In this document: positions 1-12,348 of the stretch, piece by piece | Layout: every line of letters starts with the position of its first letter | How positions within the stretch are numbered: the first letter of the stretch is position 1 | Assembly (NCBI RefSeq): GCF_006345805.1 | Contig: NC_043000.1 | Coordinates: 69,998,001-70,062,000 of the forward strand | Length of the DNA: 64,000 nucleotides | Direction: 5' to 3' | Source of the DNA: Octopus sinensis | Taxonomy: Eukaryota | Translations under genes and position numbers: made by a program | Notes under the pieces: model-generated | What the model saw: the letters and a program-made list of their open reading frames with translations, nothing else | What the model was told of the DNA's origin: nothing | Databases searched by the model: none

Positions 1-1224
1 TTCAAGTAACATTACCGTTGTTAGCCCAATTTCTGGTTCAACCCCACACCATGTTGAGGTAATAGTTTGTTAGTTTGTTTTTATGTGGGATAGGCAACCA
101 CTGATTTTTAATTTTTATTATAGAATACAATGAATATTTTAACATAAAATGTATGCAATTTTAACCAAGTTAATGGAAATTAAAAAATTTGAAAAATCGA
201 TATATCTAGCTGTTTCTAATGCGCGGCATGGTTACGGTATTATAGTGAAGACTAATTTGAGGTCGACCCGACATTCTGTTGGGTCAAGCATGTTTAGTGT
301 TTTACCAATACATTCGTTTAACCTGAGTATAATATACATGTGTTACATGAATATATACGTTTCTTGTACTTAAAGTATATCTGATTATTTAGCCCCAGTC
401 CATTCCTGAGCTAGCAGACCTACGATCAAAGATGGTTCAGCTTGACCAGCCATTCTGTATTTCTGATACCGTACGTCTAGAAATACATCATCAAATGCGT
501 ATTTTCTAAGAGACAATAGGAAGTGATTTGAAGGCAATCTGGCTGCTATTCCTAACAGGTCGAACGACCCCATTGTCTAAGATAATAACACCTGCACTTC
601 CCTCTGTTCTCGTTTTACAGGTTACCCTTGAGCCCAGTGAACAAGAAGATAAGTACTTATTTAATGAATTAATGAGAATTCGGAGATGGTGTTAATTAAA
701 TTTGACCTGACGATGATCACCGGAAAGAAGAGACAAAACGTAACTATAAAGAAGACATGACCCGGTGGGTGGTCTAACTCTTCTCGTGTTGTGAGGTAGA
801 GAGGAATAGGCAGAATAGACAGGAAAGAAAGGGTAATAAAGTATGTTCAGGAAATAGAGGAGGAAGTGTAAGAGAAAAAGAGAGGAAATAACAGCATGAG
901 GAGGAGGAAGAGTGTAAGAGGGAAACGCAAACGAAAATACAGAGAAAGAGAGAGAAAGACAGAGATATATGTAGGTAGACAGACAGAAAGGCAGACAGAG
1001 AGCTAGCTATAGAGGGAGGGGAAGACTCATAGCTATACAGGAGAATTGATAGAGAATTGACAGAAGGGGGAGGAGAGTAAGTTGAAAAGAGAGTAAACAA
1101 ACATAGCAAGAAGAAGAGTGGGAGAGAGATAAAGCAAACAGAAGAGACAGAGGGCAAGACAGAGAATGAAAGAGACAGAAAGAGAGAAAAAGTGACAGAT
1201 AGAAAGATAGATACATAAAAAGGG

Positions 1225-1483
1225 GATTATTTACATTATTTACATTCAACGTGTATTTGTCCTCATCTTCTTGTTAACACAACGTTTCGGCTGATATACC
1301 CTCCAGCCTTCTTCAGGTGTCTTGGGGAAATTTCGAACCTGGGTTCTCATTCCTAAGGCATTTTTCGATGCTATCATTATTATTATTATTATTATTATTG
1401 TTCAGGTCACTGCCTGGAATCGAACTCGGAATCTTAGGATTAGTAGCCCGCACTCTTAACCACCACGCTATATGCCCACGGGC
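1225..1483 (-). mobile_element. SINE-like element: tRNA-derived head, (AAT)n linker, hammerhead-containing Penelope-type tail (copy 1)
   Basis: Minus strand reads GGGCATATAGCGTGGTGGTTAAG (A box 1460-1470), then GAGTTCGATTCC (B box 1417-1427), (AAT)n and an HHR tail. The same order recurs at 3160-3405. Confidence 0.75.
1276..1321 (-). ncRNA. Minimal type I hammerhead ribozyme
   Basis: gacac-CUGAAGA-a-ggcug[gaggguauau]cagcc-GAAA-C-G-UU-guguu. Stem I has 5 bp, stem II 5 bp, stem III is the palindrome ACGU (dimer type), triplet GUU. Confidence 0.75.
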
Positions 1484-1578
1484 CATAATGCGCAGCGAGA
1501 TTACGGAATTATAGCCAACGCCCGTTTGAATTCGATCAAACATTTTGTTGGGTCAAGCAGTAAGCGTGTTTGACCAAT

Positions 1579-1700
1579 ATATATTTTTATATCAAAGCTG
1601 CAAAATTATCACAGAACTCTTACTCAGAGTTTCACGTTCCGGGAACGTGAAACTGAGTAACAGTTCTGTGATAATTTTGTAGCTTTAATAAAAAGTATAT
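1579..1700. repeat. Imperfect ~60-bp-arm fold-back of a PLE pLTR end, centred in an HHR stem II
   Basis: ...acagaactcttactcagagtttcacgttcc g ggaacgtgaaactgagtaacagttctgt...; only the GAAAC..GTA half of an HHR is present. Confidence 0.7.
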
Positions 1701-1761
1701 TACTCTACCTTTGGTATTCGAGTACTATTTTTTCCAGCTTGTTTTGCACTTAAGTGCTCAA

Positions 1762-1805
<44 letters not shown>

Positions 1806-2235
1806 TCAGTAAATAATAATAGCATTTTATAAACTTAAATGTTAGAAGCGATCACTGTGTATTGATTAAAAAAAATAGTCTAATATTGGGGCATATTCGA
1901 CGGAAAAAAAGTGGGGTTTCCGTACGCATATAACTCGAATCCATACCTCTTGTAGTCGCAATAAGTAATGGCTGCCTATTCATTAGAGGAGAAATAGTAA
2001 TTGGTTACGGGATGTAAGTGTCAGCAATACGACTGCAACGGTTCTAAGTCATGAGTGGTGGTGTGCACAACACTACAATGCTCTAACTAGTAATACTAAA
2101 AAGCCCAGAAACAGAATGCAAGATATCCGGCTCAATAGAACAGTGGATTTTATATAAGAGTTATCCTTCTTCTACAGGAGTGTCCTGAGAAAGACCAGGA
2201 GACGACTATTTCTTAGTCCCTGCTCATATACATGT

Positions 2236-2282
<47 letters not shown>

Positions 2283-2284
<2 letters not shown>

Positions 2285-3080
2285 CGAGGGACTACACCCT
2301 CAAAAACCGGAATTTTGCAATATTATTTTATTCACTTAGTTTTTGTTTACACTTTTAACACCTTCAAAGTATTCTCCATATTTGAAGCAATGTTTCGGGT
2401 CAGGCGCGTTTTCCACTATTCGAACCAGTGCTGGAACTCTTACGAAGTGATGCATTTTTTTTATTTCACCTCTTCCACTTCTGCAAGTTCCGTAGCACCA
2501 GGTTTCATCACAAATGATGACCTTCGAAAAATGATCCATATCAACTTCCAACTGTTTTTTCAGTTCACGACATGCATTCAGTCGTGGGTGCTTTTCATCT
2601 TTCGTGAGCAAGCGAGACACAAATTTTATTCGCAATTTTTATTCTCAATTCTTCACTCAAAATGTGTTGGGAGTAGATTCAGTACGCACCAGTTATATCA
2701 ACAAGTTCGTTAATTGTTCGGTGACGTTCCACCAAGATCAGTTCATGAATTTTCATGATGTTTTCATTCGTTCTGGAGGTCGACGGTCGTCCTGAACGAG
2801 ATTGGTCTTCAAGCGACAAGTGACAAGTGACCAAAGCGTGGAAGCCACTCCTAAACTTGTATTGTGCTATGCTCATGGCAACGTCCTTGCAAGCTGTTTG
2901 AAGCATGACAACTGCTTCAGCCACCATTTCCCCAAGAGAAAACAGAATTTCAAGGTAGCACTCCGTTCCTTCGTTTCAACCATCGCAAAAATCGACGAAC
3001 CGGGGAGAAGCACTGCAAAAAAAAAAAGATGCACCACGTGGAAGTACAACCTCACCCGATGACACCAGTCTCATCTAGTG
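2283..3080 (-). mobile_element. Mariner (Tc1/mariner) transposon relic, internally deleted
   Basis: Frameshifted pieces KFCFLLGK, LEDQSRSGRPSTS, KFVSRLLT..VIICDETWCY and C-terminal GEYFEG; end tacgaggg. Confidence 0.85.
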
Positions 3081-3087
3081 GTTTCCC

Positions 3088-3405
3088 ATCTTTTTGTTGT
3101 TAACACATTTCGGCTGATATACCCTCATTGGGAAATTTCGAACCTGAGTTCTCATTCCTAGAGCGCGGGCTACTAACTCCAAGATTCCGAGTTCGATTCC
3201 AGGCAGTGACCTGAATAACAATAATAACATAAACATCGAAAAATACCCAGGTTCGAAATTTCTCCAAGACACATGATGAAGGCTGGAGGGTATATATCAG
3301 CCGAAACGTTGTGTTAACAACAATCAAAATGAGGACAAATATCCGTTAAATGTAAATAATGTAAATAATCTACATAATTCCTTATCTCTTAAATATAGAA
3401 CTGTA
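3088..3405 (+). mobile_element. tRNA-head/HHR-tail element copy 2 (3160-3405) preceded by an inverted copy of its own tail (3088-3160)
   Basis: gcgggctactaactccaagattccGAGTTCGATTCCaggcagtgacctg matches copy 1. Segment 3088-3160 is the reverse complement of tail parts. Confidence 0.75.
3268..3315 (+). ncRNA. Hammerhead motif of the 1276-1321 family with C3>A (probably inactive)
   Basis: gacac-AUGAUGA-a-ggcug..cagcc-GAAACGUU-guguu. Confidence 0.6.
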
Positions 3406-3612
3406 AAAATTATATTTTAAAGTTATGATTAAGAAAAATTAGGCAATTACTAAAGTAGGAATTTAGACTGGATCACTCAAAGAGATTTGTATCTTTAATG
3501 ATTAAGATCAATATATGGTGGAGGTTATATATGTTAAACAAAATATTAAGATACTAATTCTGCATTCGATTTTGCAGAAAACCTCATCGTTTCTTATACA
3601 AGAGAAAAGTTG

Positions 3613-3875
<263 letters not shown>

Positions 3876-3969
3876 TAGTTTTATTTTTATAGTGTGCTTT
3901 CACTTCACTACCGAGCGCAGCTCTGTGTGCCTTGGGTATGTGCTGTGATTTGTTGTGATGCTCTGATGG

Positions 3970-4656
3970 TTATTGTATGGAAGGTGTTCTGCGTAGGATG
4001 TGTGCAGTGCCTAGTAGTGCAATTTTCTGTATGTTGTATGTGTTTGTAAGTCCTGCTGTTTTTGTTATGTATTTGTCTGAATATTTTTTTATCATGCCTA
4101 ATGCACCTACTATGATAGGAATTGTTTCTGTTTTCAGATTCCACATTCTAGTTACCTCTATTTCCAGGTCTTTGTATTTTGAGAGTTTCTCCATTTCTTT
4201 TAGAGACACGTTGTCATCAGCCGGTATTGATACATCAATTAGAAAGATTTTATTTTCTTCATTATCTCTGACAACTATATCTGGTCTGTTGGCCTTAATT
4301 TCTCTATCTGTGTGTATCGGCATATCCCAGAGTATGGTTGCTTTCTCGTTTTCTGTGACCTTTTCTGGTGTGTGCCTATACCATCTTTTTTCTGTTGTTA
4401 TTCCATAATATTGGCATAGCTTCCAATGTATGTAGGTTCCAACTCTGTCATGTCTGTGAATATATTCCTTCTTAGCCAGGACTGGGCAGCTAGAGATAAT
4501 ATGATTTATTGTTTCTTGTCCATCTCCACATATTCTGCAGTTACTTGTAATATTTCTTTTCATTACATGTTTTTGGTAATTTCTGGTGGGGAGGCTTTGG
4601 TCTTGTGCTGCAATTAAAAATCCCTCTGTTTCTGCTTTGAGTCCTGAGCTTCTCAA
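3970..4656 (-). pseudogene. Zinc knuckle + restriction-like endonuclease part of the R4/Dong ORF
   Basis: CxxC..H....C, RHD, PD..D, KxxKY motifs. Confidence 0.88.
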
Positions 4657-4674
4657 CCATTGCTGGGATTTTTC

Positions 4675-5904
4675 TTAGTCTATTTCTTTTGCGTTTAGTT
4701 TAGTGCAGTATTTACCATGAAGGGGCTTTTCTTGCCATCGTTTTATCATGGTTCGTTGCTGTTCTATTTTTAGTTTGGATTTCATTTCTTTTATAGCTTT
4801 TGTTGTTTCTTCATCATCTTCTTCTTCTTCTTCATGTTTATTAGGTGGTATGATTTCTTGTTTGTATTTGTCAGCTTCCTTAAATACTGAGAACAGTTTT
4901 TTGTTTTGCTCGTGTTTTGCTGCTATCTGGATCAGTTTTCCTTCCTTCTGAAGTAGATATTTTTGCAGTCCTATGGTGGTTATTTTATAGTAGTTTTCCA
5001 GCTGTATAAGGCCTCTACCACCTTCTATACGTTGTATATATAGTCTTTCTATGTCAGATTTTGGGTGATGCATCCTAGATCCTGTCAGTATTTTTATTGT
5101 TTTCCTATCTATTTTGTACAGTTCATTTCGTGTCCAGTTAAGGATATTGTAGCTGTAACTTATAACTGGGGCAGCTAAAGTGTTGATACCTATTATCTTG
5201 TTTTTAGCATTGAGCTCTGTGTTTAGTATTGATCTAACTCGTCTATAATATTCTTTTTTTATTTTCTCTTTCATTTGTGTGTGTTGTGTCTTATCTAGTT
5301 CATGGATTCCTAAGTATTTGTAAGTTTGGCTTTGGTCTAATTCTTTTATTTCATTGGTTTTATCTAGTGTGATGTTGTTACTCTTAACTAGTTTTCCTCT
5401 TTTCATGGTTACTTTGGCGCATTTTTCTAATCCAAATTTCATATCTATTGCTTTGGTAAATCCATGAACTGTCTTTAATAGTGTTTCCAGCTGTTTGTCA
5501 TTTGCAGCGTATAGTTTTAGGTCATCCATATATAAAAGGTGGCTGATCGTTTTGCCGTAACATTTATATCCGCATCCAGTTCTATTTAGCATATCAGATA
5601 GAGGTGACAGTGCCAAGCAGAAAAGGAGTGGAGAGAGCGTGTCTCCCTGGAATATTCCTCTTCTAATGGGGATGTCTTTGGTTTTCATGAGTACCTCTTT
5701 TGTTTGGAGGTGTAGGACTGTTTGCCATTTATTCATAGAGTGCTCTATGAATTTTATGATTGTTGGTGCTACTTTGTTAATGGCTAGTGTTTCGAGGATC
5801 CATGTGTGGGGGATGCTATCAAACGCCTTTTTGTAGTCAATCCAGGCCATACTGAGGCCTTTCTTCTTTCTGTGGCTGTCTTCAGTTACGGCTTTATTAA
5901 TCAT
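4675..5904 (-). pseudogene. Reverse transcriptase part of the R4/Dong ORF (409 aa open)
   Basis: ORF track: AFDSIPH, QGDTLSP, YMDD, YKYLG. Confidence 0.9.
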
Positions 5905-6084
5905 TAGTTGATCTTTAGAGCCATATGAGCCTTTGCGGCATCATTTCTGCTCTTCTGGGAACAGTTTGTTTTCGTCCAGGTGCTTGTTCAGCCTTTGCGA
6001 TATCACTGCAGTAAATGCCTTGAACATAGTAGAGAGGCAGGTTATTGGTCTGTAGTTTTCTGGTTTTGCTGTTTCATTTGATTT

Positions 6085-6097
6085 GGGAATTTTATTA

Positions 6098-6157
<60 letters not shown>

Positions 6158-6158
6158 T
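6085..6158. repeat. (TAT)n at the 5' junction of R4/Dong copy 1
   Basis: Direct reading. Confidence 0.95.
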
Positions 6159-6599
6159 AGCATCTAAATGGACTTCTATTATGCACAAAAAACTATTAGG
6201 TTGATAAAAACATATAGTTTACTTACTTCTATGAAGAATGTAAAGATTTGTGCGAATAATTGTAAAGATATGAGATAGTATTTTTTTTTAATCGCTACTT
6301 ATTCAGAAAAGATGGCTGTATTCCAGAATAACGAGTTATCCCCCTTCGTCTAACTAGAAGAATTGATGACAGATAAAGAATTAGAAAGAGATTATTAGGA
6401 GATATAGAGGAATAAATAATATTTGTTTTGCAGGAGAAACATGCAGAAGGATATATACATATATAGACTTATAATATATGGTCCTTCCCTTCATGTATAA
6501 TTTTATACACATTTATACATTATAAAAGTATTTATGGTCTACGGACCATTTTTACACGTGCTGACCACTGGTATAACTTATTATTTTTAATAATCTTTC

Positions 6600-6810
6600 C
6601 CCACGGAATTTTGTTAGTGAACTGGTCGCGGTCTCAAATCGACGAAAATATTTTGGCAAATTAAATTTAAGTGTTGAAGTGAATCTAACTGTTTTTGTGT
6701 TTTTAAACGGCTTATAAACACCTTCCATGCTGCAGTTGTTTTTGTTTCAGCACAGGATTTCAGCACACGATCTTAAAGAACAAGATCTTAAGATCTTGCT
6801 GTGCAAGTAC
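6600..6810 (+). mobile_element. Solo pLTR-like repeat, same family as 36373-36570 (opposite strand)
   Basis: Shared aaacggcttataaacaccttcc(a/c)(t/c)gctgca and gcacacgatct..agatc..cttgct.tgc.agtacatc.ccgta. Confidence 0.7.
6610..6660 (+). ncRNA. Hammerhead-like motif, G3:C8 core, A9>U
   Basis: uuuguua-GUGAACU-g-gucg..cgac-GAAA-auau-UU-uggcaaa; stem I is retained through G-U pairs. Confidence 0.5.
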
Positions 6811-6922
6811 ATCACCGTATACCCTATATTATTATAATTTTACCCTATATTATTATTCATTAATTTTATCATATATTATTATTCATTAATTTTATCATAT
6901 ATTATTATTCATTAATTTTATC

Positions 6923-6954
<32 letters not shown>

Positions 6955-6960
6955 ATATAT

Positions 6961-7033
<73 letters not shown>

Positions 7034-7209
7034 TAATAAGTAAAATATATGCATACATACATACATATATGTACGTACCTACATCTACATGTATATATAC
7101 ATGCATACATAAATATATATTATTATTATTAATATTATTAATATTATGTAGTGAAATATTATGTAGTGAAAGTCAATCATTTATATTTAGAGAAAATATA
7201 TTTGCGTAC

Positions 7210-8700
7210 ATGTAAGCTATGGAAAATTTTCTCAGATCTATCATTTAAGAGTTTTTGCTTAGAGAATAAGATGGAGTGTTTTCTCCAGGCAAAGCGAACA
7301 GGTTTTGACTGATGGCATGTACGCTTGTGCGTTGTTTAAAATCTTCCATTTAATCTTATAAATTATATTGCTATCTTTTAATTTCCAGATAAATTTACTA
7401 AGCCCTTGCTATTTCTTTTATTTGCATTTCTAAAGGAGATCTCATGGTTCGCAAGTCAGGATTTCCAATAACACGCTGTCGCTCCAACCTAGTAAAACTA
7501 TTTGCCTTCCGCTTCAACGGTTACCTGGTATACTGCGTTTCTACGTTTACAATAATTGTTAAATTTACAATTTTCTTTAACCCTATAATCACAGAAATCA
7601 CTTAATATAGTTATTAGAAGTGTTAGTTGTGTTTGTATTGCTGTTCATGTGTTGTCTAGATATAATATATCTGCTACTTTTGTTTGTTTGAATATTGTTT
7701 GTGTTCATAGTTGGAAGGAGATTATTTCTGTTTGTGTAATATGCATTACGTTTTACATTATTAAAAGATGATATATGCCGAAATAGGTTTTTGGTTACTG
7801 AAAATCCAGTCCTTATTATTTTATCATTAATTATAGTACTATATTTATTAGTGAAATATTTTTCTATGATAGAACGATTTACTCGGATGAGATTTGTCAG
7901 TTTACTGACTTGTACTCATTTTCAACAGAAATTTTAAAACCAAAACTATTGAAGAATTTATGAAACTTTTTCTTATAATTTCCTAATTTTCTATTATTAG
8001 TAGTTTTAGTAATAAATAACACGTCGTCCCGATATAGGGCGCCACCTATTTCTGGGAATTCACTATTAAACTTATGCAGTATATATATATTCGGCGACTT
8101 GAACCGAATCAATCGAACCCAGAGCTATGTCGAAGCAATCAGGTGTGTCCTTCCTAGTCCAGTGTTTATTGTCAAATTTAATGAATGATTTACGTGCTAT
8201 AAGTACGATATTAATTTCCTGGCGAGACAAGTTAGTATGACGCTTAGCAAATATAAGGGCACTATTTAGTACTGTGGGATTTATTGAGGAGTAGTAATCA
8301 TTTATATCGACCTGGATAAATCTGTCTTTCCTTATTATTAATTCTATTGAACCAACTGATTACTTCCTGTGTAATGAACCACAGCTCTAATCTTAATTTA
8401 TTCTTAAATTGTACAATATGTTTATCTAAAATCAATTTGCTTAATTTACCTATGTCGGATTTTGCAAGGCAAATAGGTTTTACTTTAAGGTCAGTAAAGA
8501 AATTAGATTTGTGGTCCTTAAGAGATATTCTAGGCCCCAGAGGGACAAAGGGTTCAGTCAATTTATCAATATTATATTCATACATTATATTTTTTACACT
8601 CATGATTAATATTTCTAAGTATATTCCTATTTACTATTTTATATTTTTTAGTTATTTCCTCCTGAATGAGATCATGGTATAAATTCATGTTCACATTGTA
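7210..8700 (-). mobile_element. Decayed Penelope-like element (YRDD-type RT; Naiad-like by inference)
   Basis: ISLKDHKSNF..CLAKSDIGKLSKLILDK..QEVISWF (8298-8603); ALYRDDVL (7897-8112); KTCSLCLEK near 7270-7300. Confidence 0.75.
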
Positions 8701-9266
8701 AAAATTTCCAATCCGGATCTGAAACACTGTTCACCTAATGACCTGGTTGAAACATGTGTAGGCACTTTTTATAGTTTTTTTCCGTTAATTTATGTTTCTT
8801 TTAATTGCATATGCATTAAATGGTTTCCTATGTTTTTATCGTGATACATATAAAATAAGTATCCACCATATAATTTTCGTCCAATTTCTTATAAAAATAT
8901 AACTCTGTGTGTGTTTGAGTGTGTTTGTACGTGCGTGTGTGTGTGCATATGTGTGAATGTATGTTTGTATGTATAAGAAGAACACGAGTAGAATTTAAAA
9001 TTCACAACAGATGTTTGAGCAGAATTTTATTGATGAATGGTCAAATTAAATTCTCTATTTACCTGTTTAGTTTTGTTTCTTTAAAATCACATAAAGGAAG
9101 CGGAATTTTGTCATGATGTAATCTAAGTATTCACCAATAAAATGTTACTGAAGCATTTGTTGTGAATTTTAATTCCAATTATGTCTGTCGTCTGTCTCTT
9201 ATATATTCACTACGCTTGAAACAATCCTGAAGTTGGATTTGTAGTTTATATTGGATCGTGTTCCTG

Positions 9267-9348
<82 letters not shown>

Positions 9349-10204
9349 AAATATTAGGGAATAAATCCAACTTACAGGGAAAAATCAGATTTAGGATTAA
9401 ATCCAATTTTATAGTATAAATATATTATATTATATTATATTAAATTAGAGATAAAACCACTATTAGGCAAATCAAACAATGAGAAACATACGCCAATACA
9501 TAAAATTAATTTAATTTATATTATTTTAAATATATATCAAAAGTATTAAAAGTTTAATAAAAGATAAAGAGTAAAACACTACGATCGATTCGAATAACAA
9601 TAATTTAAATTCAATTAATAATTCGAGTTATGGTTACAGTCAGTCTTCAGGTTAATTGAAATATCTAAAAAATAATCAGAATTATTTAAACAATATTTTT
9701 AATATATAAATAATATAATAATTTTACTTATAATAAACTCTATTATCAAACTAGAAACATAAAACTTAACAATTATGATTATATCAAAATCGACTATAAT
9801 GTTAAATATTAATTTTAATTTATAAGGTAGGAAACCCACCAATAATCTAATATCGGTATTAATCTATATCTAATTACATAAATATTTAAAAATGACTATT
9901 ATATATAAATTATCAATGAAAATATATAAATGTATATAAATATTATAATTAAGATCTAAAATAATAAATAAATATATATGCACATATAATAAAAACCTAA
10001 TAAATTAATTTTTCATATTTAAAGATGAAATAGCTAATTTCAAAATACAAATAAACAAACTTAAACGAACTTTCGGAAATCTTATTTAAAATACTTATAA
10101 AAATAATCAATTCGTAGTAATATAGTATCGAATAAATACTATAAATATAATTATCAATGGGAATAACTAGCGAATATCAATTTTAAAAAATAATAACTAA
10201 GATA

Positions 10205-10270
10205 TGATATTAAATTAGACATGGCCTGGACCAATCTTTAGTCGAAACATATCTAAGTTTATCAAAGTTT
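10205..10270 (+). mobile_element. Short 3'-terminal fragment of the CR1-like family at 52260-54075
   Basis: ttagacatggc(c/t)tggaccaatctttagtcgaaa occurs here and near 54038-54071. Confidence 0.65.
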
Positions 10271-10648
10271 ATCTAATTTAATTATAAGAAATTTAAAACT
10301 ACAATTAATACTATTAAAACATGTATATACAAAAGCCTAACTTTATACACCTCGTATACTTGCTATCAAACAACAAATCTATCGCTAAGTAGTATCTCAC
10401 GAATAAACTTAATTTTAATATCTAATAATATAGAAAATTACGATAATTAGATCATTACATAAACAACGATATTTACATAAGGAAAATATTATTACACCAA
10501 AGACTTATACAATATTAAAATTTACAATTTGAAGATCTTAAATATAAATAAATACTTATCTTAGTGAGGTTTAGTAATGAACTAAAATTTTGAATCGGAA
10601 AACGTCTTTACAGCGTTTATAAGAATACTCGTGGATTTACGTTATTAG

Positions 10649-10690
<42 letters not shown>

Positions 10691-10749
10691 TATATATGAC
10701 TATATGCCAATCCAAGTATGAGTACACGTAGAAAAATATATATATATAC

Positions 10750-11330
10750 ATAATTTTCCTCGAATGAGGCTTTTACATGCCGAAGACTACTTGGTGTAAT
10801 TGATAATTATTCCAAATTAATTAATTTCACCCTTCATTGTTACTGATAACCATATTCATCCCAGTAAATGACCACAGCACTTTGTCTTGGCTACACGCGG
10901 GTGGGAAGGGACTGGTGACACAAACTTTCATTCACACTTTGAATTTGGTGATACTAGTTGTGGCTTCTAGCTCGCTCTGATACTGAGTTGAGTTGGTGCC
11001 TTCTAGTATCTCAAAATTCAATATACAATCATTCATGATTGTTTGTATCCTGCGCTGATGAGAGAAGAAGTTTGGGTAAGGTAGAATTATCTAATTCTTA
11101 TGCTTTCCTAAGACTTGATTTCGAAACGTACGTCCGTAGGTGACTTCAAACTGTATGATAGATTGCCGTCAATTCATTCTCTCTTACCTGTTTGTGTTTG
11201 CCTTTCAAATGCTGTGTTTTTACTGAGATCTCCCTTTTAGTAGAAGAAATGGCTATAATCTCTTTGACTGCTATTTCTAAATTCGGTGTGCGGTAAGGCA
11301 ATTCGTTGCTGAACCCTTAATTGCTTAGTA
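10750..11330 (+). mobile_element. Solo pLTR-like repeat carrying a hammerhead; its 3' end recurs at 55182-55300
   Basis: Shared tagtagaagaaat.gctataa..ctttgactgctatttctaaattcggt.tg.ggtaaggcaattcgttgctgaac. Confidence 0.65.
11049..11140 (+). ncRNA. Type I hammerhead with intact core and long stem II
   Basis: ccugcg-CUGAUGA-[61-nt extended hairpin, G..C closing]-GAAA-CGUACG-UC-cguagg. Palindromic stem III ACGUACGU, triplet GUC, predicted cut after 11134. Confidence 0.85.
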
Positions 11331-11347
11331 TTACTTATATATATAAT

Positions 11348-11537
<190 letters not shown>

Positions 11538-11865
11538 AAATAGTAAAAAGTGAAAAAACTACAGAAGGCTTGTTTTAAAAGGTTAAAAAATATATATTTG
11601 AATCAATATGTCTGAAGAATGTTGCACGTCTGATCCCATCCTCTATGAGTTGAGCTGGGTAATTTCTGTCAATTAGGGTGTTTTTGAGTTCTTGCAGTCT
11701 AAAGTTTCTGGTATTTTGTTCTGACACTATTGTGCATATCCTTCTTGCAAGGTTGAAGGGGATTTTTGTTTTAGTGTGTCTTGGGTGGCATGAATTAAAA
11801 AGAAGGTATTGTTTGGCGTCTGTGGCTTTGTAAAAAATGTCTGTTTCTATTTTAAAGTTATTTTT

Positions 11866-12348
11866 TTATATTTGTATATCCAAGAATGGGAGCTCCTTTT
11901 GGTTGTATTCCATTGTGAACTGTATATTTGGGTTTATGCTGTTCAATAGGTTTTTAAATTTTAGAAGTTTATCTGTGTTTTCATTCCAGAGTATAAAACA
12001 ATCGTCCAGGAATCGTTTCCAATTCTCTTTTATGTATTGAGAGAGGGGGTTTCCAAAGATTGATAAAGATTCCTGGTAAAAGACTATTTCCAGGTAGCCC
12101 ATTGTTAGGTTCGCAATGACTGGTGCTGCCCTTGTACCCATAGCAATTCCGGATTTTTGACGGTAAAATGTATTGTCAAACATGAAGTGGTTATTATGTA
12201 GGATGAATTCAATTGATTTAGTAATGAATTCTTTACTGATCCTTTTTGGTATTTCTTCCGGAAATTGGTCCAGCCAGAACTGTATTGCCTCTAGTCCATA
12301 ATTATGAGGTATACTGGTATATAAGTTAACTACATCAAATGAAACCAT
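11866..12348 (-). pseudogene. Penelope RT core fragment
   Basis: VSFDVVNLYTSIPH..GIAMGTRAAP..WKRFLDDCF. Confidence 0.9.

Noticed and set aside
701-750. CTGACGA...AAAACGTA hammerhead-like string
   Set aside because: G12 is missing and there is no convincing stem I or II.
1400-1477. tRNA gene
   Set aside because: The acceptor and anticodon stems are incomplete and it is embedded in a repeated element; it is a SINE head.
8725-8762. CTAATGA-cctggtt-GAAACATGTG
   Set aside because: G5 is mutated, the triplet would be GUG, and the stems are weak; at best a dead relic.
9575-9655. Minus-strand CTGAAGA...GAATCGATCGTA
   Set aside because: A15.1 is mutated and stems I/II do not close; possibly an old HHR but unsupported.
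10205-10260. Two-stem structure with GAAAC at the CR1-like 3' end
   Set aside because: No CUGANGA-type core; better explained as a LINE 3' recognition stem-loop.
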